Position numbers and translations under genes: made by a program. From Magallana gigas (lineage: Eukaryota): a stretch of 64,000 nucleotides of DNA. Location of the stretch: assembly GCF_963853765.1 (NCBI RefSeq), contig NC_088859.1, forward strand, positions 51,274,001-51,338,000, given 5' to 3'. Shown here one piece after another: positions 12,480-24,914 of this stretch. Under the pieces are notes generated by a model, which had not been told where the DNA came from, ran no database searches, and was given only the letters and a program-made list of their open reading frames with translations. The stretch's first letter is position 1. Every line of letters starts with the position of its first letter.

Positions 12480-13658
12480 TCACGTGGGAGCTCTAACGAT
12501 GCTGTTATGTGGCCCTTGCGCGGCCCCACACGAGCTGTCCCACATTGGGGCGATGCATGGGGACTCTTGCTGAGGGTTGGGGATATTGCCGTTCGCCATT
12601 AACCAACTGTACAGTCGTCTGTTTGTTTTTGACATGGCGCGCACATCCAAACGATCGCTTGACTGAATCATGGCGTCCAAAAAATCCCTAGAATTCTGAC
12701 TGTAGTTTTCCTCCACAATATACACCTTCTCAATTTGTTTGATTGGGTTCGAATCTCTGTCATAACTGTCATCGAGTAAATCCACAATCCGCATGGCGGA
12801 CACCGTCTTTGCGCTGGATGCCCTGTGCTCTGTAGCGCTGGATCCCTTGGGTTCTATTACGCTGGATGCCCTAGGTTCTGTAAGGCAGAATTCTCTGGAT
12901 TCTACAGCAATAGTACTAGTCGTGGTTTCAGTGGATTGCATGCTTCTGTTCTGACCACAGTTTGTCTGTGACGTCACTAACACTGTTTTTTTAAAAGCGG
13001 TAGGCCCACCATACTCTGTCTGTGATGTCATTGTTTTGTTGGGGGCGGTAGGCCCCTCTCCCTCCTTTTGTTCCCGCCTCTCCTTTGACTTTGCCTTTGG
13101 ACCTTTGCTTCCATGTTTCTTTCCACCTTTCACACGACCGTTCTTTCCTTTAGGCTTTGGCGATTTTTCCGTTTCGTTTGTATTTTCACAAGCTATTTCT
13201 TTCCGTTTGTCTTTTTTTACTAAACGTTTCCTAGCCGTCCGTTTGCCTTCGGGTTTCGTCGGCAATGTAGCACCAGTAATTGCAGCCACTTTGGCAGCGA
13301 TTTTGCCCGTGGACTTTTTCACTTCATAGTTTCCCTTCGCTATGCAGTGTTGGGGGGCCACGGCCGCTCTCCGTGGGCCCTCCTCCTCAACCTCACTCTC
13401 AGAGTCCGACTCCAGTGTCCAGCGCCCCAGGAGACTCCGGGCTGGAATCTCCCGGATCAGTACCAGGTTCTCGTCGCACTGGAAGGTCACCTTCTTCTTC
13501 TTCTTGGAGTCACTGTTGGCCGTGGACACACTCCGGACGCTGGCTGACTCGTCGTCCACGTACCCACTGGACGGACTCTCGTCCCTGGAGTCACAGTCCG
13601 AGAACTCCGAGTCACTCGAGATACTCGAGCCGATCGAGTCCACCTCCGAATCCGACAT
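12480..13658 (-). CDS. 392-aa single-ORF low-complexity protein (acidic Ser-rich N-terminus, Lys-rich middle) with an RVxF-type motif KKVTF; candidate PP1-interacting protein
   Basis: Uninterrupted 1179-bp ORF, GC-rich relative to its AT-rich surroundings, ATG start. KVTF at aa 56-59 (nt 13482-13493). No globular domain recognised. Confidence 0.8.
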   Translation of the reverse strand: MSDSEVDSIGSSISSDSEFSDCDSRDESPSSGYVDDESASVRSVSTANSDSKKKKKVTFQCDENLVLIREIPARSLLGRWTLESDSESEVEEEGPRRAAVAPQHCIAKGNYEVKKSTGKIAAKVAAITGATLPTKPEGKRTARKRLVKKDKRKEIACENTNETEKSPKPKGKNGRVKGGKKHGSKGPKAKSKERREQKEGEGPTAPNKTMTSQTEYGGPTAFKKTVLVTSQTNCGQNRSMQSTETTTSTIAVESREFCLTEPRASSVIEPKGSSATEHRASSAKTVSAMRIVDLLDDSYDRDSNPIKQIEKVYIVEENYSQNSRDFLDAMIQSSDRLDVRAMSKTNRRLYSWLMANGNIPNPQQESPCIAPMWDSSCGAAQGPHNSIVRAPT

Positions 13659-16131
13659 TTTACCGGATACACAAACCTATTTCTCTGTCATTTCTGCCGA
13701 AAACTGTTATCCAAGCGGTTGTTTAGGTCTCGCAGAGCTGGACAGCAACGTTGAATATCCGTTAACAATGTGTTAGCAAATAGTATTAAAACTGCACTGA
13801 AATGTATAGTTCACCTACTTTTCGAGAGGTTAATCCGGTATTTGAAAACAATTACTCGGTTTTTTATTGCCCGGAAAGTAGATTAATCCGTCTTAATTTC
13901 CCCTAAAATGAACACCATACATACAGTGCTTGTAATGTTCAAGATTGTAACAAATTTACCGTCTATAGAGAGAAGGTTCACCCGCTTTTAGCGTCAGACT
14001 TAATCTCTCAAGTTGTCGGCTTTAAATCCAGAGCCCCTGCACAGGTGTGACTCCGTCTGAATACCTGCTGAATTTAAGAGCAACTGACGACAGAAAGCCA
14101 CAGATCGATGGTTTTATTTACCACTTACAGGTCGCGCGTGGGGTTTCCCGTCTTTTGCCTGGGAGGATTCAGCTGATGGGGGAGGGAGACGGCTCGGAAA
14201 ACCGAGCCCTAATCAATAATCTAGGGGACCAGACTGCAACTTGTGAATATGTAAATCTTGTTATTTTCGGTTAAACTGTTCGATTTTTCCGATTATCTTG
14301 TCCGTATAGATATTGATTTTCCCGTCATCAAACTTTTGGCACGGGTTACATTCAACTATATATCAAGTGTCCGAGATATCTGGGTCCCAGAATTCCCTTT
14401 CTTTTTATGTATGATGATTTCGTTTTTCATAGATTGGAATACAAATTTTCCAATGTTTCCTGGTTCCGGAGGATTAAAGGTCAAACTGAGTTAATCACCG
14501 GCCGTAATTAACTGTCTAATGGCCTGAACCCACCGTCGTGGTTTGTTCGCAACAGATAAAGAAGATCGGGTCGTAATCAGTTAATTTGTTTGTCAGGACT
14601 AAAATAGTCTGGTAAACAGATTTATCACAAAGCTTGCATTGTCTGCAGGCAGAATCAGTTATATAAAGGAATCATGGGACATTGATTGACGACCTGGGTC
14701 CCGACTTCCTCACCCATGTCCTTGGGAACGAGTTGGGAGACACAGGGATTGCAGTTTTATGTAATGTCGGAATGGGTGAACAAATCATGAATTGAAAACA
14801 ATGTAATTTGTTATGTAACCTCTTCGTAACATCTCGGACATAGACCATTCTCTTGAAGAGTACTAGACAAAGTCCGCTTAATTCTGGACTACACTGCAAT
14901 TAATAATATGACTCTAAGACAATTCATATATCAATTCAATATTTAATGAAACTTGTTACAACACCTTCGACCAGTAAGTCAATTCTTTGGAACCAATAAA
15001 TCGTTCTAAATATTTTCATAGAACCTAGTGAGCCCGGCTACTGAGAGCTCCAGGGTAGGAGGACGTGACGTCACAATCCCAGATAGGATTACTCGTCGTT
15101 ATATTACATTTGTTTAAATATTGTAAATGATGCAACGTGATCAATAGTGATGTTTGGAAATTCGATTCCCAGTCGTTGACATAACCCAGTGGTCCCTATA
15201 TATAGTCGTTTACCAGCTATCTGTGACTGTCTATTGATGTGTTATCCACCCGATTACATAAACAAGTTCTATCTTACTGCATACGTCACAGTCTTATTAT
15301 TCTGTGTTTCGAGAAATATGATATTCCTGTTTTGACTTTATTTTAAATAAATATATGCAGGAAGTACGTGCAGATGTTGTAGGCTGTTGCTGAATGTTAG
15401 TATGTGGTGGTGGTGGGGGGAGGGGATATGGTACTTCGAACCAATTTTGGAATACTGATCTCATCGCAGCATTGTTTAAGATATATTGTTTTTAGACTTT
15501 TGCGACTAATAGAGTCTCAATTTAAACATTTTATTGAGTAATCAAATGGATTGGGCAACAGGCAAAGCCTATGTAAACCCTCTCCCAATACAAAGTCAAG
15601 TAGAGGTGTTATAAAATAATCTATATATAGACTTACCAGTTTACAGAGTGATATATTACTGATATTTTTTGTATGTACAAGACAAGGGATAATTTGATAT
15701 TCAATAATAATCTTAACTTTTGTCATATAAAAACTGTAAGTTAATTGATATTTACCTACATTTAAAAACCCACCACCTCATTCATACCGACAGACAAACA
15801 TAAGTTATATGATTGAGTTTTAATGATCTAGCCCATTTGAAAGGAACAGTAATTTAAAAGATTAACAATAAATAAAAAAAAAAGTCAAAAATTAAACGCT
15901 TGTTATTCAATGATGTTCTAGAACAATCTTATTGTAGATAAAGTTAATCCTCGCACTCTGAAACCAATACATATTAATATTTGTTCCCGGTAATAATACT
16001 GACTAGTGACAAAGCCAAATTTCTCTGTGACTTTGTTTGATAGGATTATTGGCTTTAACAAATTCAATTTGAAGCGACAGCGGATTAAATTTCGATCGGG
16101 AATCACAGAGATGTTGAGACACACACGATAC

Positions 16132-16851
16132 TGTAACGATTTTATGTTATGTAATGTTGAATCATGCGTACGGCACATGATAGCTGTGTTTGTATTGTCG
16201 CCTAGCAACCAGCGGAGATTGTCACGTGACCCACAGAGGGTATATAAACGAGCGCATCGCAGCTGCAGCGTTCTTTTCCCTAGCAGTCTTCATAGAGAAG
16301 AGAGAGAGAAATTGCGAGACTAAGGTACGGTTTTGGTAGGTGGGTTGCCTTGAGAGAGAGGCTTACCACATTTTCATAGTTAATAGGACCAACCGTGTTT
16401 GCCACTAGTTGGTTATTATAGAGGCTGTCCTCTTGGAGGTAAGCCTAGTTAGTCGTCGCTGATACTCTACTAGTAGTATTAGGGAAGGGGTACGCCTTTA
16501 GTAAGAGGTTGTATACTGTCCGTCCTGCATAAGGCATTAACACAGTGACTGCCTCTACTAAGGGTTTACCTCTTCAGTAGGTTATCCAGCTAGGGCGTGC
16601 CGCGGGTATTCACTACCGCCTGAATAAGGCATATAATAGTGTTTACCTCGTGGTATTAATAAAGTTACAATCCCGGCCGACCAGATTCATTTGTGATTTT
16701 ACCCTAAGGGAAGGCCATTTTGTAAATATTTGTAGGCCAATTGTAATCACTAATCATTTTAGAGAGGAAAATTATTATTGTTCGATATTTTTTTTATATT
16801 CAACCCCCAGACCCTAGAATTGACTAGGTACGGACCCCTCGACACGTTACA
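16132..16851 (+). mobile_element. Solo LTR (720 bp), probably Ty3/Gypsy
   Basis: Termini TGTAACG...CGTTACA; 4-bp TSD ATAC (16128-16131, 16852-16855); TATATAAA at 16241-16248; AATAAA at 16658-16663; no internal gag/pol. Confidence 0.88.
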
Positions 16852-18189
16852 ATACAATGACCTCGTCACAAAGAGGAATAAATGAGTCGGTGTAGTAAAT
16901 CTGTCGCTAGAATTCGACACCTTCCCTATCTTTTGGCAAAACAAGGGCATTCCCGATAACCTGAAGAACAAGCACCCCAAAACCTGCGTGTATCTCAGTA
17001 ATCAAAGTAACCCTATAACTGATGGTCCAAATCAATTAAAAAAAAAGATATGACATATTTTTAAACGATTTAATATCGTGTGTAGAGCCCATGCGATATT
17101 TCTCTTTTCTTTCGAGTCTAGGTCGTGAAGACATAGTATTCACTTGACTTCCCCCGATATTTTGATGATCTCCATCTTACAGACCCAGGGAAAGGCTGTT
17201 ATATATAGATGTAAATCTTGAACATATACATCGATCGTATGAAAAAAGAAGCGTCTGTCTAAAGTCGACTTGAATTAAATTGATTTGCTTTTTAGTTTCT
17301 GAAGTCAATCTATATTGGTACGTGATCTGTAGTGCAAGAATATAAACACATGGTGCAAGTTTCATGTAACAACGTCATCCATTATCCATCGGATCCAAAA
17401 AGCAATATTTCATCAAACGCATTCAAATTTGTTGGAGATTTGTTTCGATAAAAAGTTGCTGATTCATTTGTAGTTTTATTTTCAGAAGAAATAAAATCTA
17501 TAGCGATCCATTAGGGAAATCCCGGACCATTTTGACTGGTTGCCGAGGTGTCGCGCGCTCTCCCGTACCTAGTCGTCGCCACCACACAGAACCTTTCCAG
17601 CCATCTCTCTAATGCATTGTCAGACTTTTTCAAATTTAAATTTACTTTCAAGTTTTCGGTGCTTTGAGTCGACTAGAACACACCGGATCTCCCCACCTTG
17701 GGTTGGAGGGTGACCTGGCACCTCGTATCCTGGTCGATCTGGTCCGATGTGACAAAATGACGTACAGAAAAGAACAGATGTAAACACCGATCAAGGCCAG
17801 CCGACAGCGGTACGTGACGGTGTAATGGTGTTTACGTCCCGGATGACGTGATCAGAATTCAACATGTCTTCATTAAAAAAAAAAAAACCAATCGCGTATG
17901 TAGAAATAATTTGAAAAGGTAAAAAACAACACACAGAAAACACTTTTAATAATCGATCGACGATTGTAAAGTGCAAGTTGATATTAAGAAATAACAAGCA
18001 CCAAGGGCAAACCATCGTTCAATTTCCGAGAGAAACACTATTTTGAAAATACTTTGAAAAAAGAAACAAAGCATTTTGTAGTGATAGTCAAAATTCAATA
18101 CACTGTAGACTGAATTTCGTAAATTTGTTGAAATAAAGTAGTCCGACAACATGTATACATGTATGAGAGAATAGGAAGACCTTTACATA

Positions 18190-18960
18190 AAGAATCCAGA
18201 CTTTTTCAATAGCGTAGTCAGCATTTTGTACAGAGTAGACATAGACAGACTTCTGAACAGGGTATTCAAACTTTTGAATAGAGTGGTCAGACTTTTGAAT
18301 ATAGTAGTGAAACTTTTAAATAGATTAGTCAGACTATTGAATTAGGTAGTCAGACTTTTGAATAGAGTGATCGGACTTTTGAATAAAGTCGTCTTTTATA
18401 TAGAATAGTATATTTCTGCATACATTATAGTCAGAATTTTGAATGTAGTAGTCGGACTTTTAAATGTAGTAGTCGGACTTTTGAATTAAGTAGTTTCACT
18501 TTTGAATAGATCAGTCAGACTTTTGAATAAAGTAGTCAAACTTTTGAAAATAGTAATCAGAGTTTTGAATAAAGTCGTCTTTTGTAGACTTTTGCATAGA
18601 GAAGTATATTTTGGCATACATTATAATCAGACTTTTGAAATAAGTAGTCAGCCTTTTGAATAAAGTAGTTTAACTTTTTAATAGATCAGTCAGACTTTTG
18701 AATAAACTAGTCAAACTTTTGAATGTAGTAGTCAGAGTTTTGGGTAATGAACTCTTTTGTAGAGTAGCTTTAATTTTGTAAAGAGAAGTAAGAATTTTTA
18801 ATAGAGTGGTCAGACCTATAATAAATTAATAAATAATTAATTAATGAAGTAAGACTTTTTAATGAAATGCATGTAATAAATTCTTTTAATAGTTTTGAGT
18901 GAGACATTCAAACTTATGATATAGTGTCAGACTCTTGTTTAGAATAGCGTTGTCATGTTT
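18190..18960. repeat. Degenerate 21-bp minisatellite (consensus about aatagagtagtcagacttttg)
   Basis: Recurring tagtcagacttttgaa with many substitutions; clearly related to the adjacent homogeneous array. Confidence 0.75.
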
Positions 18961-19000
18961 TTGTTTAGAGAACACAGACTCTTTTATATATTAATCAGCG

Positions 19001-20023
19001 GTTCTGTATAGTGTAGTCAGAGTTCTGTATAGTGTAGTCAGAGTTCTGTATAGTGTAGTCAGAGTTCTGTATAGTAAAGTCAGAGTGTAGTCAGAGTTCT
19101 GTATAGTATAGTCAGAGTTTTGTATAGTGTAGTCAGAGTTCTGTATATTATAGTCAGAGTTCTGTATAGTGTAGTCAGAGTTCTGTATAGTGTAGTCAGA
19201 GTTCTGGATAGTGTAGTCAGAGTTCTGTATAGTATAGTGAGAGTTCTGTATAGTATAGTCAGAGTTCTGTATAGTGTAGTCAGAGTTCTGTATATTATAG
19301 TCAGAGTTCTGTATAGTATAGTGAGAGTTCTGTATAGTATAGTCAGAGTTCTGTATAGTGTAGTCAGAGTTCTGTATATTATAGTCAGAGTTCTGTATAG
19401 TATAGTCAGAGTTCTGTATAGTATAGTCAGAGTTCTGTATAGTGTAGTCAGAGTTCTGTATAGTATAGTGAGAGTTCTGTATAGTATAGTCAGAGTTCTG
19501 TATAGTGTAGTCAGAGTTCTGTATAGTGTAGTCAGAGTTCTGTATAGTGTAGTCAGAGTTCTGTATAGTATAGTCAGATTGTAGTCAGAGTTCTGTATAG
19601 TATAGTCAGAGTTTTGTATAGTGTAGTCAGAGTTCTGTATAGTATAGTCAGAGTATAGTCAGAGTATAGTCAGAGTTCTGTATAGTGTAGTCAGAGTTTT
19701 GTATAGTGTAGTCAGAGTTCTGTATAGTGTAGTCAGAGTTCCGTATAGTGTAGTCAGAGTTCTGTATAGTATAGTGAGAGTTCTGTATGGTATAGTGAGA
19801 GTTCTGTATAGTATAGTCAGAGTTCTGTATAGTATAGTCAGAGTATAGTGAGAGTTCTGTATAGTGTAGTCAGAGTTCTGTATAGTGTAGTCAGAGTTCT
19901 GTATAGTATAGTGAGAGTTCTGTATAGTATAGTCAGAGTATAGTCAGAGTTCTGTATAGTGTAGTCAGAGTTCTGTATAGTGTAGTCAGAGTTCTGTATA
20001 GTGTAGTCAGAGTTCTGTATAGT
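19001..20023. repeat. Homogeneous 21-bp minisatellite (gttctgtatagtgtagtcaga)n
   Basis: Dozens of near-identical 21-bp units with occasional 11-bp partial units; produces the spurious VVRVLYS ORF. Confidence 0.97.
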
Positions 20024-20357
20024 AAATATAATATTTAACTCCTGTATCTTATAACCACCAGCTGTGTCCATATTGACAATAATTACAATTCACTGTTTAT
20101 ATACCGGTAACAGTTATTATTCTTGGAAACTTTCAGCGCACACAGAATAAACATATTTTCATTAATGATGCATGCATCCAAGACAAATTACTGACAGAAA
20201 AATAATAAGACTACATGGCATCTGATGAGATATTAATGAATGTTAAAATCCACGTCATTTGTACCACTAATTTAGACTCTGTGAAATTAGGTGTGTGGTT
20301 AGTGCTTTTGACATCTACTGATCCTGCCGTTATATAAGAATGTACTATGTTTGTTGT

Positions 20358-21052
20358 GTCAGCAAGAGGACTTGGCCACACATAGGCGTCGGAACCGGGG
20401 GGGGGGGGGGGGGGGGGGCTTAGCCCCCCCCCCCCACTTTTTTTTGCCAAGGTATATCTAGCATGATAGAGGGTTCAGCCCCCTCACTTTTTTTCGCAGG
20501 AAAGATTAATGTACCTAAATAATTTACCTTGAAAGATTGCGAAGTTGGATTCAGAAGCATACTAGCCCCCCCCCTCCCACGGATTAGGAATTTCATGATT
20601 TTGGAGAAAAAAAATTGGGTAAGTAAGTTTTTTTTTCTTTTGGAAGTATAGGAATACCCCCCCCCCCCCCCCCCCCGGATTAGGATTTCCATGATTTTGG
20701 GAATTACTTTTTTCTCAATATTTCTGAGGATTAGTCTAGCCCCCCCCCCCCCCCCCCCACTTTCAATTTGCTTCCGACGCCAGTGCCACAATCATCTTCA
20801 GAAGACGTTGAAATTGGCCATGTACTTAGAAGGGACTCGGACAGCATCATAGTGACAGCTTACTTCTGGACATCGGAGGGAAAACGGAAGAGAGGAAGAC
20901 CCAAAGTCACTTGGCGGCGGACAGTGGAAGCAAACAAAGGAGAAGCTGGGACACACTGCAAAAGATAGCCAGTGACGAACAAGCGTGGAGAATCCTCGCT
21001 ACTGCCCTATACGCCAAATGTGTCACGGGCAGTCAGTAAGTAAGTGAGGAAG
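20358..21052 (+). mobile_element. 5'-truncated RTE-clade LINE (3' end of RT ORF), interrupted by a MITE
   Basis: After removing the MITE it reads QQEDLATIIFRRR...GHVLRRDSDSIIVTAYFWTSEGKRKRGRPKVTWRRTVEA..., the typical RTE C-terminus; gtaagtaagt tail at about 21035-21045; 12-bp TSD tatgtttgttgt (20346-20357, 21053-21064). Confidence 0.85.
20381..20785. mobile_element. MITE with poly-G/C tracts nested in the RTE LINE
   Basis: TIR cataggcgtcggaa / ttccgacgccagtg; duplication ccaca (20376-20380, 20786-20790); removing it restores the LINE codons gac ttg gcc aca atc atc. Confidence 0.8.
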
Positions 21053-22610
21053 TATGTTTGTTGTACACTCTCTGTTCACCCAGCCGAACTAACATCTGAC
21101 ACTGAGTGAGGCGATCCTAGATTGGAGAGATCTGATAGTAACTGTAATGTTTCTCGAATATTACACCTGTGCATTTACTTTAACAATCATTGTACATTTG
21201 TTATGCATCATTACTTAACGTAATACATGAATTCAATTCCATAACCATTGTACATTTTAATGCACTTTAATACGTTTGTAAAAACAATTTATAATTGAAA
21301 TACATATGAAATATTATCACCTTATACATGTACATAACTTACATGTATAATAATTTGTTATTACCTCATGTAATACATCACAATTCGATATGCACAATTC
21401 CACATATAATACACTTATGATATGAAATCAAAGAATGCACTACATTTTCATATAATTACGTACCGTTTGTGGTAAACATTTATAAAATTCTACATGTTTG
21501 TGTGCCACACTTTTTATTATCATTGAGAGTAATTTGGTTACTTTATATCTGTTATCAACGTATGCACTACACTTACTATATCAAATTAAAAGCATACTTT
21601 TTTGTGTATTACCCTTTTTGGTATAATAGTATACGAGTTTTGATTTCCCCTAAATTGTTGATTATTCTTAGAAAAAACCCTGGTGATATCATATGAGTAA
21701 TTGATTTGTACACGGAGTGCTGATAAACAAGATGACACTTAAATATATAGTTTTTGTTACGTTTATCTATCAATAGAATGTACATCTGAGCCAATTAATG
21801 TTTAACGTTCGATAACTCTTTCATAATGTTTTCCGTGGCAGTATTATCTTAATCTTATTATGGAAAACTTATAATGCTACTTTTTCTTTTAATAAACTGA
21901 GAAGTGAATATCTGTCTCCAATTATCATAATTCTAGTATGAAGGGTAGCAGTGTCAAGTCTTGGATACACAGACCACCCCCCCCCCCCCCCCCCCCCACC
22001 CCTACTACCAGCACTAATCTTGACCCTAACGAGAAAAATGAAAAATAAATCTGAATGGAAAAGAATTTATAATTAGAAAATGGATAAAAAAGAAATGTAA
22101 CCAATCGTTTTTAACTGTAAACCCCATCCTCCAGTTTTGGTGCACTACAAGATTTGAAATCAACACTTGTTTTACAATCTCTTGATTTCGTCCAAAATCA
22201 ATTCTTTAATCCAAAAAGAAAATATATAATGTGTACGAAAACTAGCTTGATACAAAGTTCCTGATAAGATATTGTAAGATTGAGCTTTAGTAAGTTAATA
22301 TAAACACATTTAAATTTAGATTAAGGGCCTTGTATACTTATCAAAATTACAAAAAATCGTTTACAAAGTACAAATAAACGGAGGTTGTATGAGAAAATTT
22401 ACATTTTCCAGTGTCTTTGTTATATAACACTACCAGAATTGAACGTGTAGCATATAGTTCAACACATTCATCAAGTTAGTTGATTATTGTGATCGGGGCA
22501 TCATCAAATCTTTTACAGGCTCTTCATAAAGTCCTTCGGGCTTTACTGGATTTAATCATGCCCCCTCTATAATATTCAAATAATGATTCCTCATAACTAA
22601 AGTCTTATAT

Positions 22611-23388
22611 TTTATTAGTCCCTACCAGTTTTCACCGGAGGGGACTATAGCTTTCCTCTGCGTCCGTCCGTCCGTCTGTCCCACTTCAGTTTTCCACACT
22701 TTTTTTCTTTATGCGTTTGAGGAATAATATGAAATTTGCTGAACAGCTTCAAAAATAATGTCAAACTACAGATCAAGTTTACACTTTTGTAGCATCTGGT
22801 TGACATATTTTCGAGAAAATTCATTTTTTATTTTCAATTTTTTAATGTTCGGGTTCGATATTCTGCATACCAGTGCTTCCACAAACCGGTATTCAGGTTG
22901 CACAACACTATTAATTTTTACTATATATTCTTACCAAAATTACGCAACTTTAGATACGGGTAGCAAGTTTAAAACAAACTTCTGGGTAAATTCCTCTTTA
23001 CAACTTTTAAAACAATTGTTCCTAACCAATTTAGTAGCAAAAAACACACAGCCATCCACATAGGCACGAGAGTTTGTTTACATCAAAGTTACACATGTGC
23101 TTGAAAATCATGTCCGAGCCCTTTCACACCCCTGCCTAAACAACTGGCATCAAAAATTCAAGTGTCCTCGTATTTTTACAAGGGTGGGAAAATCAGGCAT
23201 TTTACATGTTGTTTTCTATCTCATAAAAAAGTACAGTCCCTGTCGTTGGCGGAAAACTCCTAAAAACGAAGGGGAATTCGGGAATTATTTTCACTCAGCC
23301 ATGTTTTGACGTGAACCTTCGAAAAAATAGTGTTGTGATACCTGCAGGGGACGTGTATTGCTTATGCAATACTCTCAGATTGCTTGTT
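22611..23388 (+). mobile_element. Non-autonomous Helentron-type (HINE/DINE-like) element
   Basis: 5' ttattagtccc...gggacta followed by a (cgtc)n microsatellite; 3' ggggac plus hairpin gtattgc-ttat-gcaatac (23355-23372); ends in a T run. Confidence 0.7.
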
Positions 23389-24914
23389 TTTATATGATAT
23401 TGTATGCTGTTTTATAAAGCTAAATTAATCATTAGCTCCAAAAATGAATAATAATTATAAAATAATGAATTAGTGATTTATAATAAAACCTAGTATATGT
23501 TGCCTATTAATAATTTGCACACAATTTTTCTTTCCTATTTTGATATATGTGTCACTCTAATTTCTGTACTAGAAGGAACTGAAACACTGCCTCCTTTTTC
23601 TATCATGATGCTGATCTACCAGTTATGGGATATATTTGAAGTGTCAGAAAATTTAGGAATGAATTTTCAATTACCTAGCTTTAAGGTCTCATTTGCATCA
23701 AGTGCACATCTAAAATGTGAAACTATCACCAATTTTAGGTTAAAAAACCATGTAATCAAAAGAGGTCTGGTGAATAAAACTATTCTATATTACAATTGAC
23801 CATCACTAATCCTAAATAGGTCCAAGGATTTATTCTTCAGCTTTAGTACATAAACAATCATTTTCCAGAAGTGTTCTAACCGATCGAAAACGTATTTTTG
23901 TGTTCGACTAACAAAGCAGAGGGTCAGACAGATAGGCTACCGTACAATGATATGTTCCAACTGTCTTAACATGGCGCGGATAAAATGAATAAAATCAACA
24001 ATACTTAATAGATTATTCAATTCCCTTACGTACTAATTTCAGACGCGTTGCCTAGATTACTTTTGAGCTATGTTTTTGTATATAATTGCTTCGTCAGACA
24101 GCGTTTGTCGTGTCTCTCTATAATCTTGGCTTAGCCGTTATTTCCGTGAGACGCAGAACACATATTTAACGTGACAGGGTGGGAGGCAGAATTACCGGAA
24201 CGGCAAGCTGTTGCTACAGCTCCATCTAACGGAATCTGAAGCCCAGCTGAGACGAGGAGAGGTGTGGCGAGGGACAGTTAATAACGAGAGAGAGGTAGGA
24301 CAGTTTGTTGGGACAGTTAATTGCAATTAGGGATTGAACACGAAAGATTGTAAAGCATTTGTTCTGCCGAGTGATAAATTTAGTTGTTTGGCAGTTTCTC
24401 AAATAATCGCTAAAACTGAGCTAGTGCTTACATGTTTAGTGAGAAAAGTATAAAATCACTGAAGTTGTACACCGGTACTTAATTTACGATACCACTTCAA
24501 ATAAAAAGGAATTATTCTTCATCTTCTATATTTAAACATCGTTATCTCGTATCAAAATTATTTCAACAAAGATGACCAAGAATATATTTCGAACGCTCGA
24601 CGTGTATTCATGGTGCTGTAAATAAGCTTTAATAAGGCGACTTATAGAGGCCAAGATAAACTGTTGCGTCACTCTGGTACAATGCCTCGTAGCAATGCAT
24701 AGTTAATGGGGATGTCATGATAGATTTGTATGTAGTTGGGCAATATCGTCGGCGATATATCTAAACAGGTGTATGTACAATTGCCGTGATAACTGAAATA
24801 GTGATAAAGCGTGCTTTATATTTTTCTATCAATCCGTAAACGATACATCTTAGATAACTGTTCTGCATTATAAAATTACAAAATCTAGTCAAATTTGTTT
24901 TGAAATGCAAATTC

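Noticed and set aside
12402-13776. Plus-strand and alternative-frame ORFs overlapping the 392-aa gene
   Set aside because: Shadow ORFs of a GC-rich low-complexity coding region.
11011-17830. Isolated ETS-CRE (11012), CRE palindrome (15065) and other TGACG words as promoters
   Set aside because: Short motifs with no linked transcription start or gene model; expected by chance or from repeats.
19120-20071. 154-aa VVRVLYS ORF and the antisense TIQNSDY ORF
   Set aside because: Translations of the 21-bp minisatellite.
20211-20791. Gly/Pro-run ORFs
   Set aside because: They come from poly-G/C tracts of a MITE; the same applies to the ORFs at 8398-8735.
21420-22610. Additional repeat remnants (hairpin aaagtccttcgggcttt; HINE-like end near 23910-23990)
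   Set aside because: They look like known oyster repeat fragments, but I could not define both ends or a TSD.
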